Shown here piece after piece: positions 37,229 to 50,093 of a stretch of DNA of 64,000 bases; within the stretch, counting starts at the first letter, position 1; the number at the start of each line of letters is the position of its first letter. Location of the stretch: the NCBI GenBank assembly GCA_025558095.1, contig JAIVFI010000036.1:186001-250000 (forward strand), given 5' to 3'. The DNA is from Hyaloraphidium curvatum SAG 235-1 (taxonomy: Eukaryota; Fungi; Monoblepharomycota). The notes below the pieces were generated by a model. That model saw only the letters and a list, made by a program, of their open reading frames with translations. It had not been told where the DNA came from and did no database searches. The translations under genes and the position numbers were made by a program.

Positions 37229-38782
37229 ATGCCGATGCCGACGCCCGCGATGCCCTCCGCGGGAATGGCCGGCGCGGCGTGGGACGGCGGCGGCGGCTCG
37301 CAGCGCCTCCTTTTCCGCGGCGATTCGCGCCCGGCGTCCCCGCGCGCCCGCTTCGGCTCGCCCGCCGACGCCGATGCCGACGCCGCCGGCGGCGCGCGGC
37401 TGCGCAGTCCGGCCCGCGAGCCGCCCGGCCACGCCTCGCCGCGCTCGCCCGAGTCGGCCGCGCGCTCCGACGACGAGAAGCTGCTGACGCCCGGCCACCG
37501 CCGCAAGTCGCTGAACCCCACGCGGTCGCTGCCGGCCGCGCCCGCGGACGAAGAGGCGCGTGCGAAGGAGGGCTTCGTGGTGCTGGACGTGTACACGCAG
37601 CTGCGGTGCGTGCATGCGCCATGCGCCTGTCAGATCGCCTGACTCGCCCCTCCCTTTGCATTCCGCCGCCGCCAGCACGAATCCCAACGATCTGCTGTAC
37701 GACAGGGACCAGCGGAGGCGGGAGGACGAGTACCAGAAGCGGATGGACTACACTTTCAACCCCGTGCCGGCCCCCGCACCGGGCGGCCCCGTGCCGGGCT
37801 CGGCACCGAACTCGGCGACCCACAGCCCCGCAAAGCCGGGTTCGTCGACCCCCGCGATGGGCTCGTCGCCGCCGGCCGGCACGCAGCCCTACCGCCGCGC
37901 GCGGATCGCGGAGGACGGCTTCCCCCCCCATCCCCCCGTGCACACGTCGCATCGGGCCGTCGACGCGCACCCGCGGCGCGATCGCGCCGACAGCGGCCCG
38001 CGCCGCGCATCCTCGCCCCGCCGCAGGCAGTCCTTCTCCCACGGCAGCTCGAGATCTCCGCCGGGGGCCGAGAACGACGACGACTCGGAGGACCGCTCGC
38101 TGTCATCCGAGTCCTCCTCCTCCGGCGGGTCGCCGAACAGCGCCCGCCCCCCCGCCCCGCGGAAGCGCAAGGACAGTGCCGGCGAGGCCGGCGGGCCTCC
38201 GAAGCGACGAGGCCGCAAACCCAACGTCAGCAAGCTCGTCCGCGAGTTCCTTCCCAACCACACCAAGGTCCTCAACGGCGTGGACCAGCTCAGCGCAAAC
38301 TTGAGCGACTTCCAGAAGCTCAAGAGCGACGCATCCGAAACCGCGGGCGCCCCCATGGTGACCTGGAAAGGTGCGTTCGGGCGCGTTGACAGATGCATGC
38401 GGGGAGCAAATGACTCATTCTCCTTTGCCACCGCACGTCAACCGTCATCCGTCGCCGCCTATCCCGCAAACCGCAACCCATAGGCCACCCGCTTCCCGTC
38501 GACGAGGGCCAGGAAGGCTACTACCTCCTGACCGAGGAGGAGAAGCAGATCTGCTCGATCCTGCGGCTGCTCCCCGTGCAGTACCTGGCCATCAAGGACG
38601 CACTCCTCTCGGCGTACGAGCAGCGCAAGACGCCCTTCAAGAAGCGCGAGGCACAGAAGATGTGCCGCGTCGACGTCAACAAGACGGCAAAGGTATACGA
38701 CTGGTTTCGGTACCTAGGCTGGCTCCCTCCGGAAGTCTTCGGTGCGCCGCCCGCGCCGCCCGTCCGCCGTGCGCGCCGCTGA
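37229..38782 (+). CDS. SWIRM-domain protein (Fun19/Yor338w-like)
   Basis: WKG.PL; EKQICSILRLLPVQYLAIK; KKREAQKMCRVDVNKTAKVYDWFRYLGWL. Confidence 0.85.
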
Positions 38783-39101
38783 TCCCGCATCTTCCGCGCA
38801 GGCCGGGTCGAAGAAGACGAGCTGTAGCGTGCGGCGCACGCTCGGACTCGGGGGCCGCGGTCTGCGACCACGCCCCACACACCAGCACTCTGTCCAGTAG
38901 CACTCTCTTGCTTCGTCGAGCTCCTCTCTTCGGACTCTTTCATCTCCTTCTTTTGGCGGATTCCCGGGGCGCATGCGGGCGCCCCGTTTCATTGGCAGAC
39001 CGATCGTTTGATGGCTCAATTCCCCAGTACCACCAGGCCACGAAGGCGGCTGGGCAAAATATCCTTCCCAACGTGTACATAGTTCGTACCCGGAATCGAA
39101 T

Positions 39102-42100
39102 CTACTGGAAACTGCCGTGGTCCACCCGGATCCCGTTCTGGTCGTGCGCATCGTCCGGCGCCGCGCGGTGCGCGCCCTCGGCGCCGCGCAGCCCGCCCGC
39201 CGCGATGAGGCGCTCCATCAGCTGGCGCTGCGACATCTTTGCCCCTCCCGCGGGCTCGTCCTCGGCCGCGGCGTCGCCTGCGCCGTCGGCTTCGGGTGCC
39301 ACGCCGGAGACGATGGGCCCCGACGTGGCGCGGAAGGGCCGGGAGAGGTCGCCCGAGGACCCGGCGTGCGGCGGCGGCGGCGGGGCCAAATTGAAGAGCG
39401 CCGACGACGCGGCGTCCCCGGGCGAAAAGTTCATGGAGGAGGCGAGGTCGATGAGGGCTTGCATGCTGCCCCACTCGATGATCTTGCGCTCAAGCCAGAC
39501 CTGGCGACCGATCGCCGGTCAGGGACAACACACTGGGTAACAGCAGCGAATGACGCACCAAGCTGACGGGCTTGGTAAGGAAATCGTTGCACCCCGCCGA
39601 CAGCGCGGCGTCGCGGTCTTGCGGCAGCGACGAGGCCGTGAGGGCCACGATGACCACGTCCGGGGACAGGAACCCGAACATGCCGGTCTGCGCCTGCTCC
39701 TCGCGGCGCTGGCGCTCGAGCTCGCGGATCGTGCGCGTGGCCTCGATGCCGTCCATCACGGGCATCACGATGTCCATCAGCACGAGGTGGTAGCGCCCGT
39801 TCTTCCACTTTTCCACGGCTTGCGCGCCGTCGTTGGCCACGGAGCAGTTGATACCGCGCTTCTTGAGGAACGTCGACAGGATGGTCTGGTTGATCGGGTT
39901 GTCTGGCATGGGGAAAGCCGTCAGCCGGAATGACCCTTGCCCCCTTACTTAACCCACCTTCGGCGATCAGCACGTTGATGGGCGGCCGCACCGGCGCCGA
40001 CGCCGCCTGCACCGCGTCCCCGCCCGCCGCATCCGCGCCCTCGGCCGCCTTCTTCCCCTTCTTGGATGCCCGGTGCGCCTTGCCCTCACCCGCCGTCTTG
40101 CCGTCCTTTGCCGCCTCCTCGGCCGGCGCGGGCACCGCCGCCGCCGCCTTGTCCTCCGCCGGCGCCGGCGCCTCCGCGGCTTTGGCCACCTCCCCCTCCT
40201 TCTTGCGCCTCGCGAGCGACGACACCGCCCTCCCCTCCTCCTCGTCGTCCGACTGCGGCGCCTGCGCCTCGCCCAGGTTGCCCAGCACGTGCCGCAGCGC
40301 CGCGAGCAGCTTCCTCGGGCCCACGGGCTTGGTGACCACCAGAATCCTCCCCGCGAGGCTGCTCTGTGCGGCCTCGGTGGACTGCAAAAACTCGTACGCG
40401 CGCAGCTCGTGCGAGGGCGAGGCGAAGCACACCACGACCGACTGCGATTTCGAGTCGGCGCGGTGCTGGATGGCGGCGTCTAGGAGGGAAAAGTCGTCGT
40501 CCACGAGGATGGCGGACTGCATGCGGCGCTCGCGCGCGGTGCCGCGGAGGCCCGAGGAGGTGACGGTGGCGCGGTTGTCGAAGACGTCGAGCTGCTTGTT
40601 GATCTCGGACACCGAGTTGGTAGCGAGGTACGTCAGGTCGGTCCCTGGAAAGCGCACGGCTGTCAGCACACGGTTTTCCAGCGGGCCGCAGGCACCGCCC
40701 ACCAAGGTTCTCCAGGTACTGCGTCAGGTTCTGCGTGAACTGCGAGTGGCTCGGGGTGAGCAGCGCCACCCTGAACCCTTCGAGCACCCCCGCGAACCCC
40801 AGCAGCTCCTCCGGGGTGGGCTGCACCAGGGGATCCTCCTTCCGCCCGAAATCCTTGCCGGCGGCGGGCACCTCGCGCTGCACCACCTCCATCTCGCATT
40901 CGAGCTCGATGGTCGAGTTGTCGGTGCGCACGGCGCGCTCCAGGCGGCCGCCGACAAACTCGACCAGCACGTCCGTGATGGCCGCGCCGACCTCGGAGAC
41001 GCGGTCCTCGAGGGTGGGGTCGGGGTTGAAGACGATCTGGAAGGTGACGGTGGTGAGGAACTGGTTCGAGAGGGGGGTGGGGGGGGCCGGGGCCGAGCCG
41101 GAGGGGGCATCGGCGCCGGCGCGGGCCGAGGAGAGGGAGGGGGATTTGTCGGCCGCGGTGCCGGGGCCCTCGGTGGGGCTGTCGCGGGCCAGCCGCGGGG
41201 GCGAGGTGCGCAGGTTGAGCTCGACGCGCGTGTCGGCCTGCGCGAGCTCGAGCGCCGACCCGAGGAGCTGGGCAAGGCGAGGGGTAAGCACGATCTCACT
41301 GGCGGCAGGGTGGAGCCCACCTTGAAGAGGATCTGGGTCATCAGCTCCTTGTCGCCCACGACGAGGTACAGGTGCTGCCTCCCCCGCTCGACCGGGCAGC
41401 TGACCACGAGCTCGAGCCCCTTTTCGTCCGCGACGCCCGACAGCGCGTCGCCGATGTTTTCCGCGACGGACGCGAGGTCAAACTCGGTGTGCCTGGGGCC
41501 CCATTCCATGGCGTGCAGCCCAAACTCGTCCGCGTCCACGTCGTGCATCCGCGTGAGCAGGTCCGCGAGGTGGCGCACGTTGCCCAGCGACGTCTCGACG
41601 GCCGCGACCACGCGGGCGTGGTGCAGGTTCAGGGCCGGGTTCATGGGGTGCAGCGAGGCCGTGTGGTGGACCGTCGTCGAGACGGCCTTGAGGGTCTCGC
41701 GGACCTCGGACATGAGCGCCTGCAGCGACGAGCGCTGGTGCACTGCGGCGGCGTAGAAGCGGTCGCGGGTGGCGTCGACCTCTGCTGCGTGCAGGTCGAG
41801 CGTGGCGCGCGACGCGGCCAGCACGGCCCACAGGCCGGCGTGCACGAACGCGACCGACAGGTCCATCGCGACGACGACGCCGATCGCGACGGGGCGGAAC
41901 AGGCCGGCCAGCACGAGCACGACCAGCGCGGCCAGGCGCGCCAGGGCTGCGGCGGCGTCGAGCAGCGAGGCGTCGCCGGGGTCCAGCGCGCCGCCGGCGA
42001 CCAGCCGCACCGTGCGGTGGGCGACCGCGGCGCTGGCCGACGCGAGCAGCAGCGTGAAGAGCGCGGCGAGGCGAGCGTGGCCGCGCGCGACCAGCGAGCA

Positions 42101-42559
42101 CACCGAGATCGGGCCCGATGCGGCGAGGCCGTGCGAGGGCGGCGAGCACCACAGCATCGACGCGGCGACGGCCAGCGCGCACGCCGAGCGCAGGCCGGCG
42201 GCGGCGGCGAGCCCCACGCGCGTGCGCACCGCGGCGACCTCGAGGCGGCGGGCGGCGCCGCCCACACCGGGCCCCGGGGCGCGCAGCCGCGGCGGCAGGA
42301 AGCCGTCGAGCCACGCGAGCGCCGCCGCGAGGGGCGCCGGCGGGTCGAGCGCCGCGCGCGCCACAGAGTCGGCGAGCAGCCGCGGCAGCGCGTCGAGCAG
42401 CCGCGGCAGCGCGTCGAGCAGCGAGTGCGATCGCGGCTCCGCGGCATCGCCCGGCACAGCGCGCCCCGCCGCGCCCTCCGGCGTCGCGGAGCCGCCGCCC
42501 GTGGGACGCCGTCGGTGCCGCAGCGCGGGGCTGGCGCGGCCCCCGCCGGCGACTTCCAT
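39102..42559 (-). CDS. SSK1: Ssk1/Mcs4-type response regulator with N-terminal TM region and degenerate histidine-kinase-like domain
   Basis: Receiver PPINVLIAE|DNPINQTIL..LVLMDIVMPVMDG..GCNDFLTKPVSL|VWLERKIIEWGSMQALID (Ssk1 signature); upstream HisKA/HATPase-like remnants. Confidence 0.85.
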
Positions 42560-42646
42560 CGGGCGGCGTTGGGGTTCTCGGGCAGAGGGACCTCAATCGG
42601 CAGTCAGGGGACGACGCGACCGCAAACATCGACCGCCGCCTTAAAC

Positions 42647-44640
42647 ATGTCCCGCCACTTCGAGGCCGATTCCAAGGCACGCACCGCCGCATCGTGCTCT
42701 CCACACCGCCGTCCCGCTGACCCGCCCGCGCCCGCCCCGCCGCGGAACCCCCTACATGGCACGTGACACCGGTCCCACCCTTCGCGCCCCTCCACAACCC
42801 CTCAAGTTCTGGCGGATCGCCGTCGACGGCTCTTCCACGCTCGTCGAGTACGGCGCCATCGGGGCCGCCCCGAGGCCGTCCAAGAAGGACCACGCCGACG
42901 CAAAGGCGGCCCAAGCGTTCGCGGGTACCTCGAAGCGCCGCACGCTCCTGCGACCAGGGGAACTCATCGCCTTCCATCTCCCCGCTGTGCCAGACAAGAT
43001 GATCAAGGAGAAGCTGGGCAAGGGCTACGTGGAGGTCGGCGGCGGGGCGGAGGCCACCGCGTCTCCCGCGGACTCAGCACCGGCCAAGCGCAAGCAGGGG
43101 GCCAAGAAGGCCAAGGAGGAGCCCATCGAGATCGAGGACGACGACGAGGAGGAGGAGCCCAAGACTGGAAAAGGCAAGGCGAAGCGCAAGGCCGCGCCGG
43201 CAAAGGCCAAGGCCCCGCCCGCGAAGCGCGCCAAGCCCGCCGCCCCGGCCCCCGCGGACCCCACCCTCGAAGACGACGACGAGGACGGTCCGCAGGACCT
43301 TGCCCCCCCGTCGGACATCCCTCCGCCCAAGGCGCTCCCCAACCCCGGCGACACGATGAAGGTCGCCTCGCACTCCTCCTCCGCCCAATACGTCCTCAAG
43401 CACCACGCCGACGGCTCCTTCTCGTGCTCCTGCCCCGCGTGGCGCAACCAGGGCGGCGCCCCGCCCGATGCGCGCACGTGCAAACACCTCCGTGAGGCGG
43501 TCGGCGACGCGCACGAGGACGCCCGGCTGCGCGCGAGGGGTGCCGATCCGGAGAAGCCCGTCTCGCGCAAGCCGGCCGGCTCGTCGTCGTCCGCCGGAGG
43601 GGGAAGCAAGGCCAAGAAAAAGGCCCCCGCGCTGCTCCTGGCAAACACCTACGACGGCGCCGACCCCGCGGGCTTCCACCTCTCCGAGAAGCTCGACGGC
43701 GTGCGGGCGTTCTGGGACCCCGCGGCCCGCCTCCTGCTCTCGCGGCTGGGCAACCCGTTCCCCGCCCCCGCGTGGTTCCTCGACGCCCTGCCCGCCGATC
43801 GGAGCCTGGACGGGGAGCTGTTCCTCGGCCGGGGCATGTTCTCGCGGACCGTGTCCGCGGTCAAGACCGCGGGCGGGGCGTGGGAGGGGGTCGAGTACAG
43901 GCTGTTCGACGTGCCGAGCGAGGGCGCGAAGCCGTTCGAGGAGAGGATGGAGGTGCGTTTCCCGCGCGGCCGGCCGGTGTTGGTGCGATCGCTGAGGTGC
44001 TCGGCCGCAGGTGCTCAAGGGGATCGTCAAGGCCGCCTCGGGCTCCCGCGCCAAGCTCGTCTTTGTCGAGCAGACGCCCTGCACGTCGCGCGAGCACCTC
44101 GACGCCGAGCTCGCGCGGGTGCTCAGGCTCGGCGGGGAAGGGCTGATGCTCCGCAAGCCGGGATCCAAGTACGAGGGGAGGCGCTCCGCAACGCTACTGA
44201 AGCTCAAGAAATTCTACGATGCTGAGGCCAAGGTGGTCGGGTACCAGCCGGGGAAGGGCAAGTACAAGGGGATGACGGGCAGCCTCGAGGCCGAGATGGA
44301 GTGCGGCAAGCGGTTTTTTGTCGGATCGGGCATGTCGGACGCCGAGAGGAAGTCGCCGCCGAAGGTGGGAAGCGCCACGACGGCGTTCGGTTTACAGGCT
44401 GACCGGGTCGTCCACAGATCGGCACCATCATCTCGTACGCTTTCCAGGAGCTCACGGACGACGGCGTGCCGCGCTTCCCAACGTACCGAGGTCCATCCTC
44501 CGTGGCCGCTCGCGATCGGCATTCCACTAACCGTCGACCCGATTGCAGGCGTCGCACTGGACAAGAAAAAGGCCAAGGATGCGGTAGTACGCACCGTCTC
44601 CAAGGCGGACGACGACGAGAGCCTCGAGGACGAGCAGTGA
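42647..44640 (+). CDS. WGR domain + SWIM Zn finger + minimal ATP-dependent DNA ligase
   Basis: MSRHFEADSK|FWRIAV..EYGAIG..KMIKEKLGKGYVE (WGR); SCSCPAWRNQ..RTCKHL (SWIM); SEKLDGVRAFWD, LDGELF, GEGLMLR, LLKLKKFYDAEA, GSGMSD, PRFP (ligase). Confidence 0.88.
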
Positions 44641-44693
44641 TATACCGGACGCGTGATCTACATCTACAGCCGTGCTACGTCGAAAAAGATGCG

Positions 44694-46278
44694 TCACACC
44701 TGCGCCAGCAGGTTCCTAACGAGTTCGACCTTTGCCTTCCAGGAATCCACCAGCCGGCGGCCCTCGGCCTCGAAAGTAGCCTTCTCCTTGTCGATCAGCG
44801 ACCGCAGGAATTCCTCCACGGTCATGTCCAGCTCCTCGGGTGTGAGCTCGCGCGGCGCGGCCTTGCGCACCGTCCGCGCAGCGGCAGGAGAGGCGGCCTT
44901 CTGCGACCCGGGGGCTTCCCCGAGGCGCTTGAGCGAGTCCAGCACCTTGCTGCCTTCCTGCGCAATGGATTCAACTGCCGCGTCCACGTCCATGGCGTCG
45001 GCATCCTCGGCCTCCTTCGCCGCGTCCTTTGCCCCCTCCTTCGCGGGCCCCTTGCCGGCGGCCTGCTTCTGCGGCCCCCTGGAACGACCCTGGCTCTGGC
45101 TCAGCTCGGGCGCATTCTCGTCCAGCTGGGCCGGCGCCTCCTCCTCGGCCGCCTTTTTGCCGGCCTTCCCCTTCCGCTTGGCCTTGCCCTTCTTGCCCGC
45201 CGGCGGGGACGGTTCGGGCTTGGGATCGTCCTCCTCGGCGGCAGCCTCCGCCACCTGGGACCACTCCGCCGCCTCGGGCTGCGTGGCTCCGACGGAAGGC
45301 CGGCCCGATTCCTGCGAGGGGGCAGGATCCGCAGGTGCCTCCTCCGCCGCGACCTCCTTCTCCTCCTCCTTCTCCGGCTCGGCCTGGCTGGCACCCGCTT
45401 CCGCCTTGTCCTCCCTGGCCTCCTTACGGGCCGCCCTCTTGCGGACGGGCTTGGCTTTGGGCTTCTCCTTCTCGGTCGGGGCCGGTACGGGCTCCGCCTC
45501 CTCCGCCGGCGGCGCGGACTTGGCAGTTTTCGGGGCCTTGGACGGCCCTGCTGCCTTCGTTTGCGCCGGAAAGCGGAAGTAGAGGCAGTTCGGGGTCCGT
45601 TTGCGGTGCTCGTGTCTTCAAAAAGACGCGCCAGTCAGCGAAGCTTTCCAGTTGGACTAGCACCGAGAACGCTCACACTGGGTCGTCGTCCTTTTCCCAG
45701 CCAGCCAGTCCGAGGTTGCAGCAGAGACATTCGGCAAAGTCCGAAGATTCCTCGTTAGGCCGGAAGGAGAAGCCCGCCGCTGCAAGCTGCGAACACGCTT
45801 AGGTCGAGTTCTGCCGGGTGCCGGCGGACGCACCTTTTCCGCCGTGCAGTTCCACCCCTCCTCCGTGTGCGGCCACCCCTTTTCGAACGTCGCGAGCCGC
45901 GCTGCCAGCATCCTCTCGGTGTTGGCCGCGAACTCGACGTGCTCCGCACCCGACGACTCGACCCAGCGCCTCATGCGCACGCGCAGCAGCACCAGCGGGC
46001 ATTCCGGGCAGTCCTCCGCGTGCGCTTCGAGCGGGTCCGCGTCGGTAGGCGCCTCGTCCGTCGAGCCGCGGCACAGGTAGCAGGTGATCCGCTTGGGGTT
46101 GCCCGTCTTGCCCTCGTAGAAGAACCCGGCCTCGGCGAGCTGGCGCCAATCCCGTCAGCGGGTCATGGGAGCATGCGGCCAATGGCCGTACCTTCTGCGG
46201 CGCGAGCTTGCCCTTCTTCTTGGCGTACCAGGCGGGCTTGGCCGCGAAGGACTTGACGCGGTCCTCAACGAGCTCCAT
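44694..46278 (-). CDS. BIR1: BIR-domain protein (Bir1/survivin-like, two BIR repeats)
   Basis: RVKSF..LAEAGFF..CYLC..H...CP; RLATFEKGWPH..LAAAGF..CLCC.LGLAGWEKDDDP..EH..C; C-terminal MTVEEFL. Confidence 0.85.
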
Positions 46279-46487
46279 CCCTACGCCCCCGTCCGGGACC
46301 GCAGAGTCCGCCTCTCGGCAAAAAAAACACCACGCAGAGGGCCGGACGAGAGCCGCCGGCTTCCGAGGAGGCTCGTGAGTCGACCCTGAATTCGTGTTTA
46401 GCGATTCGAGTTCGAACCGTTCAGAAACACCAGCGTCTCCCAACTTCGGATGCCTCCCTGACGCGTATGGCGGCCGCGGCGGGCGAG

Positions 46488-48233
46488 ATGAGCCGCGTGC
46501 GAACGCATTTTGATGACGAGGGCGTCTCGACGGTGACATCGGAGGACCAGGTCGGGAGGACGGGCTTGGGAGGGGGGACGGAACTCTGACGACCTAGGCA
46601 CCAGATCGCGGTGGAAAACAGCGTGGACCAGCTCTACACCGAGATTCCGCCAGAAGAAAGGTTGGAGGCTCAGCGATACCGACGATCGCGGTCGTTGAAG
46701 CTGCGGACCAGGCTGGAGCTCGTCCGGGACGCGCACGTCCGCTTCCTCATGAAGGGTCTGGGGACTCTGAGCAAAGGATACACCTCCCTGGACGCCAGCA
46801 AACCATGGATTTGCTATTGGATTCTGCACAGCTTGGATATGCTGGGCGCTCTTCCGCCGCGGGACGTGCTGGAGAGGTGCGAAAGACCCTGTCGACATCC
46901 GGACGCGTCGCAGATCGTCTTCCTTCTTCAGAGTGCTGGACACGCTCCTGCTGTGCCAAAATGAGACTGGAGGCTTCGGTGGAGGCTTCGGGCAGATCTC
47001 TCATCTCGCGACGACCTATGCCGCGACCCACGCGATCGCTGTCATCGGGCTTGACCGCGGTTTCGAGTCTATAAAGAGGTTGGCCAATGACTGTTTGCTG
47101 TCCAGGACTCCCGCTTACGGAACCGTAGACCGGAGATGCTGAGTTGGCTTCTGTCGTTGAAGCAGCCAGACGGCAGCTTCATCATGCACGACGGCGGAGA
47201 GGTGGACGTCAGGTGGGGCGGCCTTCGTGCGTGGCACTGCAGATCTCCAACAGTTCCACGACAGAGGCTCGTATTGTGCAATGACCGTGGCGAAGCTTCT
47301 GGGAATCTTGACGCCCGAACTCACACAAGGAGTTTCCGATTTCGTTGTTCAGTTAGTGTGTCGAAGTTGCTCAATTCCGGCGAGCTGACGCCAAGCAGAT
47401 GCCAGACGTTTGAGGGAGGGATCGGCGGGACGCCCTTTGTGGAGGCACACGGCGGGTACACATTCTGTGGCCTGGCCGCGGCAACCTTGCTCGGACAGGC
47501 AGATCTGCTGGACACGCCGGCCCTTTTGGTTGGTGACTGCTGCTTAGTTTGCGGTCGTCAAGCTCAGCGATGAGGGCACCGTAGCGTTGGGCCGCTGCCA
47601 GGCAAATGGACTACGAGGGTGGCTTCCAAGGACGAACCAACAAGCTTGTTGACGGATGCTACTCGCTGTGGCAAGGAGGCGTTTTCCCTCTGTTGCGTGC
47701 CTCGACGGTGTTGAATTCAACAGGTGTGTTCCGCCTTGAAAGGCAAAGCAGTGAGGATCTGACATCACCTTGCACCGAACAGCACCAAACTGGGATTTCA
47801 ATCGAGGTTCGGCCGAGCTTACGTCGCCCAATTCATGTCTCACACGATCAACAGATGCACTGAGTGAGTATGTCCTCGTTAGCGGTCAAAATCGGAAAGG
47901 GGGGCTTCGGGATAAACCGGATAAGTGCGTGCTCTCTTCCGAAAGGAAAGCCACAAACCAACACTTCTACCAGGTCCCCCGACTTCTACCATACTTGCTA
48001 TTGTCTGAGCGGCTTGTCGCTCACGCAGTACGATTACTCCTGGGATCCCGTCAACTTGGAATTCTCTTGCACGCCCAGGGAGGGCCGGACTGATACCCTG
48101 GTGGGCGACGACAGGGCATTTGTGCAAGGATCTTGTTGACCACGACGTTCCGCAGCGTCCAACGCATCCCATTCATAACGTCTGTATCGATCGAATCAGC
48201 AAAATGATGCTACACACTTCGTCAGTCAGATAG
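46488..48233 (+). CDS. RAM1: Protein farnesyltransferase beta subunit
   Basis: LDASKPWICYWILHSL, GGFGGGFGQISHLATTYAA, GGEVDVR, EAHGGYTFC, GFQGRTNKLVDGCYS, DFYHTCYCLSGLS. Confidence 0.95.
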
Positions 48234-49929
48234 CAGGTCGAATGACATTGTAACTAGCGCAATGACGATCTCCAGGCCGATCAAGATAATGACAATCCAC
48301 TCGAGATATTCCGAGTGGGACGTTTGCGAGTAGTCCTGTCCGCACGAAGCGATTAGGTGGGATCACAACCGCCGCCGGCGACCAATCTACCTTCAGCATT
48401 TCCAGGAGGTCGCTGATGACGCCCACGCGCTGATTCAGCACGTCTACCCGCTGACCAATTTCCAGATATCCGCGAATGGCCTTGTAGAAAGGCTCAAGGG
48501 CAGGTTCACTCCAGAAGATGTCGGGCGTGTCCAGGAAGCCCTCGACCAGGTTGATGTTGATCCGCTGGATGAACAGCTCCCCGATCTTGCGCGTAATGTC
48601 GCTATTCGACATCTGCACCTTCCCCGTGTCGGCCATATTCCGCGGGAGGTGCTTCGTGGACTCGATGGTCTCCTCGACCTGGCCCTCGAAGAGCGCGAGC
48701 TTGACGCTTTGCGCCATGGCGTGAGAGATGCTGGAAGTTCGGTGCGAATAAGCCAAATGGTACACAATGACCCGCGCCACACTCACGTAAGAAGGATCAT
48801 GTAGTTGTTGGGGTTCTTGAGGAGGATGATGTCGTTCCATATCCGAGGCTGGAAAGCCCCCGAGACGAAGTGGAAATCTTCCGTCTCGACGTCGTCGGGG
48901 CCCAGTTTGCCGTCCAAATATGGCTCAATCTCCTTGAGCACCGCCGTCTCCTCAGCTACCATCTTTCGTCAGCGAATGCCAGAGTCGCCGCGACAGCAAC
49001 ACTCACGCAGCGTCAAGCCCCACATCACGACGACGCCGTACTCGAACCTGCCATTCACATCAGCAAAGGCATTGGGAGGATATCGCCAAGAACACCAACA
49101 AGAAGAGGTGGCCGACAGACACAGAAGGAGGGTCAAATCTGAGGTTCTCCTTCTCAAGAGGAGATGGGGAGAAGGGCTCGGGAACGTCGTCGGCTGACGG
49201 TGATCTCGTCATTGCCGAGACATCCGCCGCCTCGTCCAGGAATGTCGACGGATCCGGCGCGCTGCTGACGATAGCGGGCGTGTACGGCTCCTCCGCCTCC
49301 GGCGTCTCGATGACCTGCGGCCGTGCTTTTCGATTCAAGACGTTGGTAATGGGGGTATAAATCACTGGAGGGCGAGAACAACGGTGAGCGCGAACGGACG
49401 GATTCCACACGGCTGGGACAGCGGGCACCTTCGTCGAAACGCTTCGGCGCGCAACCATTCGTCGTCCGCTTAGTGATAAAGTAGTTCAGCACGCCCTCCA
49501 GTTTGATCCCACTGCGATGCGGCTTGTGAGCAAAGGTCGGGCCCTGGGGCCAGACAGGGTCCACGGACCTCGAAACGCAGTAGGCCGTCGACCGGGGTAA
49601 CCGCGCCTTATCCAGGTCCGAGAGCATCTTCTGGGTCTCTGTCCGTGCCGTGGCAAACGATGACGGTGTCCCATCGCTCCGTCCGACCGTTTCGAGGTCG
49701 GCAGCAGACTGCGTCGGGAAGAGCGCGAGCTTCTGGCTCACGCGGGTCGTCCTGGCCACATCGCGGCCGGCAATCGCGCAAAGCACGTCAGATGCCAACG
49801 TTCCGACATATCTGCACCGCCAAAGACCCACCGCTTTGCCGGATACTGCTTCTGGCCCGGGAACGCGGCACGATCGCGCTGCCGATTTGCGGGCGGCGCG
49901 GCGACGACCGGAGAGGTGGGCGCGGGCAT
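48222..49929 (-). CDS. RMD1: Rmd1/Sif2 family (DUF155) protein
   Basis: [71 protein letters not shown]. Confidence 0.88.
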
Positions 49930-50093
49930 CGCGGCCTCCACGTCCGTGCCCGTCCTTATCCGTCGGCTCATCGCGTCTAGAGAGACGTTTCACGTCGCCA
50001 GCGGCGCGATTCTCACGCCGATCGGCGCCGCCCTTCGGGGTCTGTTTGCGGTCAAACCTTTGGACCTCGCTGGCCGGCCTTTTTCTGCTCCCA

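Noticed and set aside
39930-42977. Long overlapping ORFs (608, 464, 499 aa) and similar antisense ORFs throughout the window
   Set aside because: Shadow frames expected from very high GC and codon bias; Arg/Ala/Pro-rich with no motifs
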